Shown here: positions 1 to 9,291 of the stretch, piece by piece | How positions within the stretch are numbered: position 1 is the stretch's first letter | Layout of the letters: each line of letters opens with the position of its first letter | DNA from: Sarcina sp. | GTDB taxonomy: Bacteria; Bacillota; Clostridia; Clostridiales; Clostridiaceae | Direction: 5' to 3' | Length of the DNA stretch: 64,000 bases | NCBI GenBank assembly: GCA_051650125.1 | Contig: JBOFIK010000052.1 | Coordinates: 1-64,000 of the forward strand | Notes under the pieces: model-generated | What the model was told of the DNA's origin: nothing | The model's input: the letters and a program-made list of their open reading frames with translations, nothing else | The model's database searches: none | Translations under genes and position numbers: made by a program

Positions 1-66
1 TTCGTCTCCCCGTTGATGTAACTTTAGTTTAACCAAACAACAAAATATAATAAAGAACTTAACAAA

Positions 67-100
67 AAAATGGCGTCCGAAAACACCATTTTTATTATTT
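67..100. terminator. Imperfect hairpin plus T/A tracts downstream of the aquaporin gene (bidirectional-type terminator)
   Basis: aaatggcg-tccgaaaa-caccattt, 7/8-bp stem, flanked by an A-run and a T-run. Confidence 0.35.
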
Positions 101-166
101 AACTATTTTTGAAATACCCATACTTGAGTAAGAACCTAATTTAATGCAATCTCTATTTTTTCTATT

Positions 167-832
167 TTATTTTTCGCTATCTAATATAAACATACTAACA
201 ATAGATGAAAGTATTGCACCAGCTATCGGTGCTAATATAAATGCCCATAATTGTGTTAATGCTACACCACCAGCAAATAGTGCTGGTCCAAGACTTCTAG
301 CTGGATTTACTGAAGTTCCTGTTACAGGAATTCCAACAAGGTGGACTGCTGTAAGTGCAAAACCAATAACACCCCCAGCAAATGCTGCATTTCCTTTCTT
401 ACCTGTTACAACAAGTATTACTAATACAAATATAAATGTTAATGTAAATTCTGTTAATAATACTCCCCACCATGTAAAGTCTCCAAAACTATTTTGTCCA
501 AAATTATCTAATGGCATTTTTCCTGCCTTTAAAATTAAATATAATACCCCTGATGCTGCTATTGCACCTAGACATTGTGAAATTATGTAATATATAAGTT
601 CTTTGAAACTCATTCTTCTATTTATAAACATTGCAACTGATACTGCTGGATTTATGTGACATCCTGAAATAGTCCCTATACTATAACACATTCCCATAAG
701 TGCTAGTCCAAATGCAACTGCTATTCCAAGTATCCCTACTCCATTAATTCCTCCACCTAGAACTGCAGTAGCTGGTCCTATAAATACAAGTACAAAAGTT
801 CCTATAAATTCTGCCATAGCTTTTTTTGCCAT
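167..832 (-). CDS. MIP-family aquaporin (AqpZ-like water channel), 221 aa
   Basis: Two NPA boxes (HINPAVS and NPARS), six predicted TM segments. GGAGG RBS 8 nt upstream of the ATG. Length fits AqpZ rather than GlpF. Confidence 0.85.
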   Translation of the reverse strand: MAKKAMAEFIGTFVLVFIGPATAVLGGGINGVGILGIAVAFGLALMGMCYSIGTISGCHINPAVSVAMFINRRMSFKELIYYIISQCLGAIAASGVLYLILKAGKMPLDNFGQNSFGDFTWWGVLLTEFTLTFIFVLVILVVTGKKGNAAFAGGVIGFALTAVHLVGIPVTGTSVNPARSLGPALFAGGVALTQLWAFILAPIAGAILSSIVSMFILDSEK

Positions 833-1095
833 TTAAAAATTCCTCCTTAGTTTTTTGTCTAACAATTTACAATCTTATAACTCTTTTGCCATTTTTTCAA
901 CCTTTTATTTCTTTTTTGTTATTTTTAAGTCTTTTTGTTGTAATTATTATATTTTCTTTAGGTTTATTAAAAAAAGTTTCTGATAAAAAATACATTTACT
1001 TCTAAATATTATTATTCTTTTACTTATATTGTTTACATTTTTCATAGCAAATATTATACTTACATAAGAAAATTATAGAAAAGAGGTAATTAACG

Positions 1096-1386
1096 ATGGA
1101 TGTCAATGAATATAAAGATATAAATGAAAATGTTTCTATGGAGGAGTTTGGTAGGTTTGTTGCTATAAATGATAAAAAATCTAAAGTTACAAATATGCTA
1201 GCTCTTAGAAAAATGTCACTTGCAGGCTTTGATTATAAATCTAATCTTTTAAAGTTAAAATCTCTTGATGATGAGTATAAAAATTATGCAAGACAAGGAG
1301 ATTGTAATGCAGATATACTTCTTGAAAAAAGAATTGCTGTTGTAAAAAAAATAGAAGAACTTGAAAAGGTCGTAAGAAGTCTTTAA
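1096..1386 (+). CDS. Hypothetical small cytosolic protein (96 aa)
   Basis: Clean ORF with RBS AGAGGT upstream. Charged, coiled-coil-like. No recognisable motif. Confidence 0.5.
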   Translation: MDVNEYKDINENVSMEEFGRFVAINDKKSKVTNMLALRKMSLAGFDYKSNLLKLKSLDDEYKNYARQGDCNADILLEKRIAVVKKIEELEKVVRSL

Positions 1387-1487
1387 GTTTTGCTAAAAAG
1401 CACATATAATCTAAAATAAATAGAGATATATTTACCTTTTATTTAATGTTATAATATTTTAGAAATTTTAATTTGGGAGATAATAGA

Positions 1488-3653
1488 ATGACTATTGGTT
1501 TAAAAAGAGAAGACGAAACAAATTACTTAAATAAAACTATTGAAGTTATCGATAATATGCTTGCTTCTTTTGGTGTTTCATCAGATAAACAAAGCAAGGA
1601 TATAAAAGATGATAGAAAGCATTTTTGGACTAACTTTAGCGAACTTGATGAAATAGAAGTTCAACAATTTAACCAAGATATGGCTATGCAAGAAAATTTA
1701 TATATAAAAAATAGAACTAAAATAAATACTCTTCAAACTCAAAGAGAAATCCCTTACTTTGCAAGAATAGACTTTAAAGAAGATGGAGATTCTTATGCTG
1801 AAAGTTTATATATCGGAATATCAAGCATTATGAAAGATGATTTTGATTTCCTTGTGCTAGACTGGCGTTCTCCTATTTCTAATATGTTCTATGATTTTGA
1901 AATGGGTAAGGCTAACTATGAAACTCCAAATGGTGAAATTCATGGTGAAATAGTTTTAAATAGACAATATAATATCAAACATGGGGAAATTAAATTTATA
2001 CATGAATCAAATTCTAGTATACATGATGATTCATTGCTTGATATTCTATCTTCAAACACATCTGATAAAATGAAAAATATTGTTTCTTCAATTCAGAAAC
2101 AACAAAATGATATTATCAGAAATGATAAATCAAAAATCTTATTACTACAAGGTTGTGCTGGTTCTGGTAAAACTTCTATTGCTATGCACAGAGCTGCTTA
2201 TCTATTATATAAGCACAGAAAAACTTTAAGAGCTGATAATATTTTAATATTCTCTCCTAATGAAGTTTTTAGCGATTATATCGCCGATGTACTTCCAGGG
2301 CTTGGTGAGCAAAATATTAAACAGACTACTTTTGAAAGTTTTTACAAATCATACTTACCATCTATTTTTGAATATGAAAAAAAACATGATTATCTTGAGT
2401 ATACTTATTCAAATCAAAATGACAAAAGATATCAAGTTAGAAATGACGGTATGTTATTTAAGAACTCAAAAGAATTTATGCTTATTTTAGATAAATTCTG
2501 TGACACACTACCTGACATACTACCAAACTTTAATGACCTTAAATTTGGTGGTGAAGTTATTATAAGAAAAAGTAAGGTTAAAGAAACTTTTGTTGAAAGA
2601 TTTAGAAATGTTCCTTACCTAACTAGAATTGATAATTTAAAGCAAAGTCTTATTTCACAAGTTGAAACTAAATATCTTAAGCAAGCTAAAAAGAAAAACT
2701 CATCTGACTATGGATATAATATGATAGACCATGGTGAAGATTTCAATACTTATCTTATTGATGAGATAACAGAACAAGTAAATGCTATGTTTAAACTTGT
2801 TAACCCTATTGATATTTATAAAAGACTTTGGCTTACAATTGAAAAATATACAGATAAAAACCTAAGTGATGTTAAATCACTTACTATAAATTCAATTAAT
2901 GATTTAATGGTTAACTTTGAAGATATAGTTCCTGCACTATATATCAGATGTCATATGGAAGGATTTAGAGATTACAGTAATATAAAACATATAATTATTG
3001 ATGAATGTCAGGATTATAGCCCATTATTCTACTCTCTTATAAACAAAACATTTAAAAATGCATCTGCTACTATTCTTGGTGATTTAAACCAAAGAATAGC
3101 AAGTAATACAAATATCACTGCTAAAGAAGAAATTTCTTCTATCTTTGGTGAAGATAAAACTGAAATTGCTTGTTTAACTAAGAGTTACCGTTCTACAAAA
3201 AATATAACAAACTTTGCAAAAGAAATCCTTAAATCCTCAGAGGTTGTTGAGGCTATTGATAGAACTGGTTTAGATGTTCAAAAGATTAAAACTTCTAATA
3301 TAACTGATGATATTAGAAATATTGTAAAAGAAATTTCTGATAGAGGATTAACTTCTATTGCTATTATTCCTAAAACAGGCAATGTAGCACAAGACCTTTA
3401 TGATAATCTTAAAGATAAAATAGAAAATCTTAACCTTATAATAGATGAAAATAGTAGTTACTCAAGAGGTATAACTATCGTTCCGTCTTATATAGCTAAA
3501 GGTTTAGAGTTTGATGCTGTAATCATTCCTGATGGAGATTCAAAATCATACTCATTGGATTCTGAGAGAAATCTCCTTTATACAGTTTGTACAAGAGCTC
3601 TTCATGAACTTCACATACTTACTGAATCAGATCTTTCAAATTTATTTAAATAA
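1488..3653 (+). CDS. helD: HelD-type (helicase IV-like) UvrD-family ATP-dependent DNA helicase
   Basis: Walker A LLQGCAGSGKTSIAMHRAAYLL, motif II IIDECQDY. C-terminal UvrD-C signature (LYTVCTRALHEL). Start moved to the ATG at 1488 (GGGAGA RBS 6 nt upstream) rather than the TTG at 1473. Confidence 0.8.
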   Translation: MTIGLKREDETNYLNKTIEVIDNMLASFGVSSDKQSKDIKDDRKHFWTNFSELDEIEVQQFNQDMAMQENLYIKNRTKINTLQTQREIPYFARIDFKEDGDSYAESLYIGISSIMKDDFDFLVLDWRSPISNMFYDFEMGKANYETPNGEIHGEIVLNRQYNIKHGEIKFIHESNSSIHDDSLLDILSSNTSDKMKNIVSSIQKQQNDIIRNDKSKILLLQGCAGSGKTSIAMHRAAYLLYKHRKTLRADNILIFSPNEVFSDYIADVLPGLGEQNIKQTTFESFYKSYLPSIFEYEKKHDYLEYTYSNQNDKRYQVRNDGMLFKNSKEFMLILDKFCDTLPDILPNFNDLKFGGEVIIRKSKVKETFVERFRNVPYLTRIDNLKQSLISQVETKYLKQAKKKNSSDYGYNMIDHGEDFNTYLIDEITEQVNAMFKLVNPIDIYKRLWLTIEKYTDKNLSDVKSLTINSINDLMVNFEDIVPALYIRCHMEGFRDYSNIKHIIIDECQDYSPLFYSLINKTFKNASATILGDLNQRIASNTNITAKEEISSIFGEDKTEIACLTKSYRSTKNITNFAKEILKSSEVVEAIDRTGLDVQKIKTSNITDDIRNIVKEISDRGLTSIAIIPKTGNVAQDLYDNLKDKIENLNLIIDENSSYSRGITIVPSYIAKGLEFDAVIIPDGDSKSYSLDSERNLLYTVCTRALHELHILTESDLSNLFK

Positions 3654-3687
3654 AAAAATCTTTATAATTTTTTAAAAAAACCACCTA

Positions 3688-3726
3688 CTATGCAATCACT
3701 AGTAGGTGGTTTTCATTATACTTCTA
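3688..3726. terminator. Strong bidirectional rho-independent terminator between helD and the EEP gene
   Basis: aaaccacctacta-tgcaatc-actagtaggtggtttt, 13-bp perfect stem, A-run 5' and T-run 3'. Confidence 0.85.
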
Positions 3727-4510
3727 GGTTAACTTCAACTCCATAATGATCTGAAATCACCTCTTCATTTTCTCCATTAAAAATAACTTTTGATTTTACA
3801 ACTTCACTCTCAAAATTTGTAAACACAATATCTATTCTTTTATCTACATTACTTTCCCAACCAGCTATCTTACCTTTTACGGTAATTCCAGCACATTTTT
3901 CTTTAGCCATTTTATAAGTATCCATAAGTCCTTTTTCTAATATATAATCATATCCCTGTGCTCGCACATCTGCTTCACTGTTAAAATCACCAAGCACTAT
4001 ACATTCTTTATCATTTTCTATAAAATCACAAAGTTTATCTACTTGTTTTTTCAATGGTTCATTTTCATCATCCCACCAACCTAAATGACATGAACATACA
4101 CAAACTTTTTTTCCCTTGTAGTCTAAATTTATTTTTATTATTTTTCTACTTCTCCAATTTTCTATACTTTCACTTTTAGATACATATTTTGATTGAGTAT
4201 CAATAATTTTGTGTCTACTTAAAATTGCTATTCCTTCCTCAAAAACATCATATCCTATTTTTCCATAATCCCAAAAAAGATTATAGTCATTGCATCCTAT
4301 CTTTTTCAATTCAGAAATGAGGATAACTACAAAGTTATCCTCTTTTAATATTTTTTCTGAATCAATATATTTTGATTTTATGCTTTGACTAACCTCTTGA
4401 AGAGCTATAACATCGTACTTTTTTTTAGCTAGTACGCTAGCTAAGTATTTTATTTTTTCTAGCTGATTCTCTTCTTGCCATGAATGACAGTTTAAAGTTA
4501 GTATTTTCAT
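3716..4510 (-). CDS. Endonuclease/exonuclease/phosphatase (EEP) family protein, candidate sugar-phosphate phosphatase (MapP-like)
   Basis: Begins MKILTLNCHSW, typical of an EEP fold. Ends HYGVEV, consistent with the catalytic His. Translationally coupled (2-nt gap) to the upstream PTS EIICB gene. Confidence 0.65.
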   Translation of the reverse strand: MKILTLNCHSWQEENQLEKIKYLASVLAKKKYDVIALQEVSQSIKSKYIDSEKILKEDNFVVILISELKKIGCNDYNLFWDYGKIGYDVFEEGIAILSRHKIIDTQSKYVSKSESIENWRSRKIIKINLDYKGKKVCVCSCHLGWWDDENEPLKKQVDKLCDFIENDKECIVLGDFNSEADVRAQGYDYILEKGLMDTYKMAKEKCAGITVKGKIAGWESNVDKRIDIVFTNFESEVVKSKVIFNGENEEVISDHYGVEVNLEV

Positions 4511-4512
4511 AA

Positions 4513-6192
4513 TTAAACTCCTAATATATCTTGAACTTCTGATTTTATAACATCAACCTTTGGACCATAAACAGCTTGTATCCCCTTATCTTTAACAATA
4601 AGACCAATAGCTCCTGTCTTCTTCCAATCTTTTTCACTAGCAACTTGTGCTGTATCCTTAACTGTAACTCTAAGTCTTGTCATACAAGCATCAACATCTT
4701 CAATATTATCTTTTCCACCTAAAAGTTCGATTATTCTTAAAGCTTTTTCACTTCCTGATACTTCTGTGCCTACTGAAGTTCCCTCTTCATCTTCATTATC
4801 AATATAATTTCCTTTACGTCCTGGTGTAGGAATATCAAACTTTTTAATTACAAAGTTGAATACTGCAAAGTTTAATCCAAAGAATGCGAAACATGAAATT
4901 ACAAAGTTTATTATATCTCCAACAAGACCTGCATTAACAAGCATTGGTGTTCTTGTTAGGAACTCTATTAATCCAAATGCATGAACTCTAAGATTTATTA
5001 AATCTGCAAGTGCAAATGAAAGCCCTGCAAGTACTGCGTATATAACATAAAGTATAGGTGATATAAACATAAACATAAATTCTATTGGCTCGCTAACTCC
5101 TGTAAGTATAACCGCTAAAATAGCTGTTAAGAATATTGTTTTATATTTTTTCTTTTTATCCTTATCAACATTTTTGTACATTGCAAGTGTAACCCCTGCT
5201 AATGATGCTGTTGATAAGATAACTTGTCCAGCTTTAAATCTAGCTGGTGTAACTGTTGCTAATAAGTTATTGTAAGATGCCATATCTCCTGCACCTTTAA
5301 AGTTAATAAGGTCACTTATCCATGCAAGCCATAAAGGATCTTGTCCTGCTACTACTGTCCCAGCAGCTGCCCCTGTAGCTATCTGATAAACTCCACCAAG
5401 TTCTGTATAGTTGATTGGTACTGTAACCATGTGGTGTAATCCAAATGGTAGAAGTAAACGCTCTAATGTTCCAAATATGAATGGTGCAACTACCGGTGCT
5501 GTATCTTGAGATGTAGCAATCCATTTACCGAATGAATTTAAGCCAAGTTGTGCAAATGGCCAAACTATTGCAAGTATAATAGCTGTAACTACTGAACCAA
5601 GTATAACTACGAATGGTACAAATCTTTTACCATTGAAAAAAGCTAAACTTTGAGGTAATTTATTATAATTGTAATATTTATTATATAAAGTAGCCCCTAG
5701 GAATCCTGAAATAATCCCTACAAAAACTCCCATATTAAGTGCTGGTGCTCCTAAAATACTTGTAAAGTAATCTTTAACTACTAGATCTGCTCCAAATAAT
5801 GATGGTACTACTGCATTTGGGTCTGCAATCATCCCTGCATTAACTGCAAATATTGCTCCTGTAACTCTATTAATAAGTATAAATGCTATTAATGCTGCAA
5901 ATGCTCCTCCAGCCTTTTCTTTAGCCCATGATCCCCCTATTGCAACTGCAAATAGAATATTAAGATTCCCTATGATTCCCCAACCAATATCTTCTATAAC
6001 TCTAGCTATTGTATCTATAAATGCTACATCTACATACATTCCTATAAGCTTTCCAATAGATATCATAAGTCCGGCAGCTGGCATAACTGCTATAACAACT
6101 AATAACGCTTTCCCAAATTTTTGCCAAAAATCAAATGAAAACAATTTGCTTTTTTCCTTTACTTTTGCATTTTGCATTTTCAATCCCCCCAT
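4513..6192 (-). CDS. PTS glucose/maltose-family transporter subunit EIICB (no EIIA domain)
   Basis: N-terminal IIC (10+ TM, GITEP-like region) followed by a C-terminal IIB domain containing DACMTRLR with the phospho-Cys. An alternative start at MQNAK (6177) is possible. Confidence 0.85.
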   Translation of the reverse strand: MGGLKMQNAKVKEKSKLFSFDFWQKFGKALLVVIAVMPAAGLMISIGKLIGMYVDVAFIDTIARVIEDIGWGIIGNLNILFAVAIGGSWAKEKAGGAFAALIAFILINRVTGAIFAVNAGMIADPNAVVPSLFGADLVVKDYFTSILGAPALNMGVFVGIISGFLGATLYNKYYNYNKLPQSLAFFNGKRFVPFVVILGSVVTAIILAIVWPFAQLGLNSFGKWIATSQDTAPVVAPFIFGTLERLLLPFGLHHMVTVPINYTELGGVYQIATGAAAGTVVAGQDPLWLAWISDLINFKGAGDMASYNNLLATVTPARFKAGQVILSTASLAGVTLAMYKNVDKDKKKKYKTIFLTAILAVILTGVSEPIEFMFMFISPILYVIYAVLAGLSFALADLINLRVHAFGLIEFLTRTPMLVNAGLVGDIINFVISCFAFFGLNFAVFNFVIKKFDIPTPGRKGNYIDNEDEEGTSVGTEVSGSEKALRIIELLGGKDNIEDVDACMTRLRVTVKDTAQVASEKDWKKTGAIGLIVKDKGIQAVYGPKVDVIKSEVQDILGV

Positions 6193-6202
6193 ATTCTTTC
6201 TC

Positions 6203-7861
6203 CTAAATTTTGTACATTCTGCACTCCCAAGATTGTAATTTTATATTTTTATTAACACTAAAATCTTTGTTTTTATAGTTAGACAAGACTAAGTCTTTAT
6301 CTTTTAACTCAATATCAAACTCTGTAACTATATCCATATCACTTAAATTACAAATTATAATATACTTTATATCACCAAACACTCTAGTGTAGGCAAATAT
6401 ATTTTTATCTTCTTCTAATATTAATTTGTAATCTCCATATACTAATGTTTCACTTTCTTTTTTCACCTTTATAAGTCTTTTATAGAAATTAAGTATTGAA
6501 TCCTCATCCTTTAATTCATTTTCAACATTAATTTCTTTAAAGTTTGGATTTACTTTTATCCAAGGTTTACCCTCTGTAAATCCAGCATTCTCACTTGAGT
6601 TCCACTGCATTGGAGTTCTTGCATTATCTCTTGATATAGCATGAATATACTTTATTGCCTCTTTATGTGATAACCCTTGCTTTATCTTTTCCTTATATAT
6701 ATTAATTCCTTTTACATCATCATAATCTTCTATATTATCAAACTTAACATTTGTCATCCCAAGTTCTTGACCTTGGTATATAAAGGCTGTCCCTCTTTGC
6801 ATCATGTAGCACATAGCAAATGCTTTAGCACATTTTTCTCTATATTCTCCATCATTTCCCCAAGTAGAGACTACTCGTGGAATATCATGGTTTTCAATAA
6901 ATAATGCATTCCATCCATCTTTACTAAGTGTATTTTGCCACTTTGTAAGTACATCTTTATACGCTTTAACATTAAACTTGAGGTCATTTTCATAATCCCA
7001 AAGTTTTAAATGTTCAAACTGGAACAACATATTAAACTTACCTTTATCTCTTCCAACCCAAAGGTCTGCCTCATCTGAATTAACTCCATTAGCCTCTCCA
7101 ACTGTCATTATGTCATATTTGCTAAATGTCTCTTCCTTAAGTTCGTCTAAGAACTTGTGAATTCCATTTACATTCATATGCTTATCAAAACAAGAGACAT
7201 ATTTTTCATTATTAGGATTTGGCATATCTACAAAGCCTTCTTCTTTTTTAATATGACTTATAGCATCAACTCTAAATCCATCAACACCTTTATCAAGCCA
7301 CCAGTTCACTGTTTTATAAAGTTCTGCTCTCACATTTTTGTTTTCCCAGTTTAAATCCGGTTGTCTTTTTGTGAATAAGTGCAAGAAATATTCTTCTGTT
7401 TTTTCATCATACTTCCAAGCTGAACCTTTAAAAATACTTTCCCAGTTATTTGGCTCTTCTCCAGCTTTTCCTTCTTTCCAAATATACCAATCTCTTTTTG
7501 GATTATCCTTAGAACTCTTTGACTCTAAAAACCAAGGATGCTCATCACTTGTATGATTTATAACTAAATCAATTATTAATTTCATACCTCTCTTATGAAC
7601 TTCTCTCATTAGTTGATCAAAATCATCCATGTTTCCAAAGTCACTCATTATATCTTGATAATCACTTATGTCATATCCATTATCATCATTTGGCGATTTG
7701 TACATTGGACAAATCCATATAACCTCTATTCCTAATTCTTTTATATAATCTAACTTTTCAGTTATTCCTTTTAAATCACCTATTCCATCTCCATTTGAAT
7801 CTTTAAAACTCCTAGGATAAATCTGATATCCTGTTGCTTCTTTCCACCATATCTTTTCCAA
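6203..7861 (-). CDS. GH13 intracellular alpha-glucosidase (oligo-1,6-glucosidase / trehalose-6-P-hydrolase subfamily)
   Basis: WWKEATGYQIYPRSFKDSNGDGIGDLKG, DGFRVDAI (catalytic Asp), GEANG, NHD motifs. Start reassigned to the TTG at 7861, preceded by AAGGGGGA, giving the canonical MEKIWWKEA N-terminus. The track ATG at 7894 lies inside an operator-like palindrome. Confidence 0.8.
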   Translation of the reverse strand: MEKIWWKEATGYQIYPRSFKDSNGDGIGDLKGITEKLDYIKELGIEVIWICPMYKSPNDDNGYDISDYQDIMSDFGNMDDFDQLMREVHKRGMKLIIDLVINHTSDEHPWFLESKSSKDNPKRDWYIWKEGKAGEEPNNWESIFKGSAWKYDEKTEEYFLHLFTKRQPDLNWENKNVRAELYKTVNWWLDKGVDGFRVDAISHIKKEEGFVDMPNPNNEKYVSCFDKHMNVNGIHKFLDELKEETFSKYDIMTVGEANGVNSDEADLWVGRDKGKFNMLFQFEHLKLWDYENDLKFNVKAYKDVLTKWQNTLSKDGWNALFIENHDIPRVVSTWGNDGEYREKCAKAFAMCYMMQRGTAFIYQGQELGMTNVKFDNIEDYDDVKGINIYKEKIKQGLSHKEAIKYIHAISRDNARTPMQWNSSENAGFTEGKPWIKVNPNFKEINVENELKDEDSILNFYKRLIKVKKESETLVYGDYKLILEEDKNIFAYTRVFGDIKYIIICNLSDMDIVTEFDIELKDKDLVLSNYKNKDFSVNKNIKLQSWECRMYKI

Positions 7862-7879
7862 AACAACTTCCCCCTTTTC

Positions 7880-7893
7880 CGCAAACGATTGCA
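7880..7893. promoter_or_regulatory. Operator/cre-like pseudo-palindrome GCAAACGATTGC in the 5' UTR of the alpha-glucosidase/PTS operon
   Basis: Near-palindrome resembling LacI-family operators and CcpA cre. A second, better cre match (aTGCAAACGGTTGCt) lies at 8046-8060. A putative promoter TTGTTT-17-TATTAT on the minus strand sits between them. Confidence 0.4.
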
Positions 7894-8045
7894 TTGAATG
7901 TTAAAAAAAATTCCTGTAAATCGTTTTCATCTTTTCTATATGTTTATAATAACAGGTTTTAAAATCTAAAACAAGCATTTTTTTACATTTTAAAGTATTT
8001 TTTCTTTTTTTAACATTTTGTTTTAATTTAAAAAGCCATTTTTTC

Positions 8046-8060
8046 ATGCAAACGGTTGCT
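8046..8060. promoter_or_regulatory. cre-like / LacI-family operator site ATGCAAACGGTTGCT
   Basis: Matches WTGNAANCGNWNNCW at every constrained position. Located upstream of the promoter of the glucosidase-PTS operon and just downstream of the regulator gene. Confidence 0.45.
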
Positions 8061-8090
8061 TTATTCTTAAAAAAGAAAAGACTCTTATTT

Positions 8091-9092
8091 TTATCTAAAA
8101 GTCTCCCTTTTTACTAATCTGCACTTTACAATTCTATGTTTATTCTGTACATTCTCGAACTCTAGGCTCTCAATCAGTAACTCGGCTGCTTGATAACCTA
8201 ACATATCCGAATTTATATCAACAGTAGACAGTTTTCTTTTTTGGTATTCACATAAAGGAATATTATTAAATCCTATAATATCTATATTGTTAGCCCCTAC
8301 CTCATCTAGATACTCTAAAGCACCAATTGCTAGTAAATCATCTGCTGCAAATATACTATTTATACTTTCATTACTCTCGTATATTTTTTTCATTAATTTA
8401 TACCCAACTACCTTGCTATAAGATGTTCCTTGTAAAATCAAATTTTTATTCACTACCATACCATTCATTTCAAATGCCATTTTATATCCCTTTAATCTAT
8501 CTTTTGAAACATTCCATTCCTGTTTTGCTCCTAAAAATGCAATATTTTTATTTCCCTTTTCTATCATTTCTCCAACAACATCAAAACTTACCTTAAAATT
8601 ATCATTATCTACCCAAAGAGCATTTTCTGTATCATTGCATCTTCCAATTAAAACAAACGGAAACTTACTTTCATTTAGCTCTTTTATAATAAAATCTTCT
8701 TCTTTACTTCTTAAGATACATATGCCATCAATTAGTCCACTCTCATACATATCTTTTATGGCTTTTGAATCATCTTCTGAATCACTGAATGAATAACTTA
8801 CATAATACCCTTTATCTTGTGCACATAGACTAATCCCTTTCATAAGAGATACAAAGAAATTATTGCTCATTATTTCATTCCCATCATTAGGAACCACAAC
8901 GCCTATCATTCTTTTCTTTTTACTCACTAAACTTCTTGCTGCAAGATTAGGCTTATAATTCAATCTCTCGACAGTTTCCCTAACTCTTTTCTTAGTTTCA
9001 TCACTAATTGAGCTATTATTAGATAAAACTCTTGAAACTGTAGATGTTGAAACATTAGCTTCTTTTGCTACTTCCTTTATTGTTATTTTCAT
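8091..9092 (-). CDS. LacI-family transcriptional regulator (sugar operon repressor)
   Basis: N-terminal HTH (TIKEVAKEANVSTSTVSRVLSN) followed by a periplasmic-binding-protein-like sugar-binding core. AAGGAG RBS. Confidence 0.9.
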   Translation of the reverse strand: MKITIKEVAKEANVSTSTVSRVLSNNSSISDETKKRVRETVERLNYKPNLAARSLVSKKKRMIGVVVPNDGNEIMSNNFFVSLMKGISLCAQDKGYYVSYSFSDSEDDSKAIKDMYESGLIDGICILRSKEEDFIIKELNESKFPFVLIGRCNDTENALWVDNDNFKVSFDVVGEMIEKGNKNIAFLGAKQEWNVSKDRLKGYKMAFEMNGMVVNKNLILQGTSYSKVVGYKLMKKIYESNESINSIFAADDLLAIGALEYLDEVGANNIDIIGFNNIPLCEYQKRKLSTVDINSDMLGYQAAELLIESLEFENVQNKHRIVKCRLVKRETFR

Positions 9093-9291
9093 ATTACTAC
9101 TCCTTAAATTGTCTATCTAGAAACATCATACATATTTAATATACATAAAACAACATTTTAATAATATTATATTCAAATTTTAATACATATTTTAAAATTA
9201 TAAAGACTAATTGCCAATCCATTTCGCCACCATTTTGACATTCTTCATCTGTATAATACATTGTTTAGACATAAAACATAGAGGAGGACAT

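Noticed and set aside
144-590. 148-aa plus-strand ORF
   Set aside because: Entirely antisense to the well-supported aquaporin gene. Low-complexity translation and no RBS.
5312-7556. Several 65-90 aa ORFs (5312-5524, 5972-6238, 6677-6904, 7157-7354, 7338-7556)
   Set aside because: All lie inside or antisense to the PTS EIICB and GH13 genes. No independent signals.
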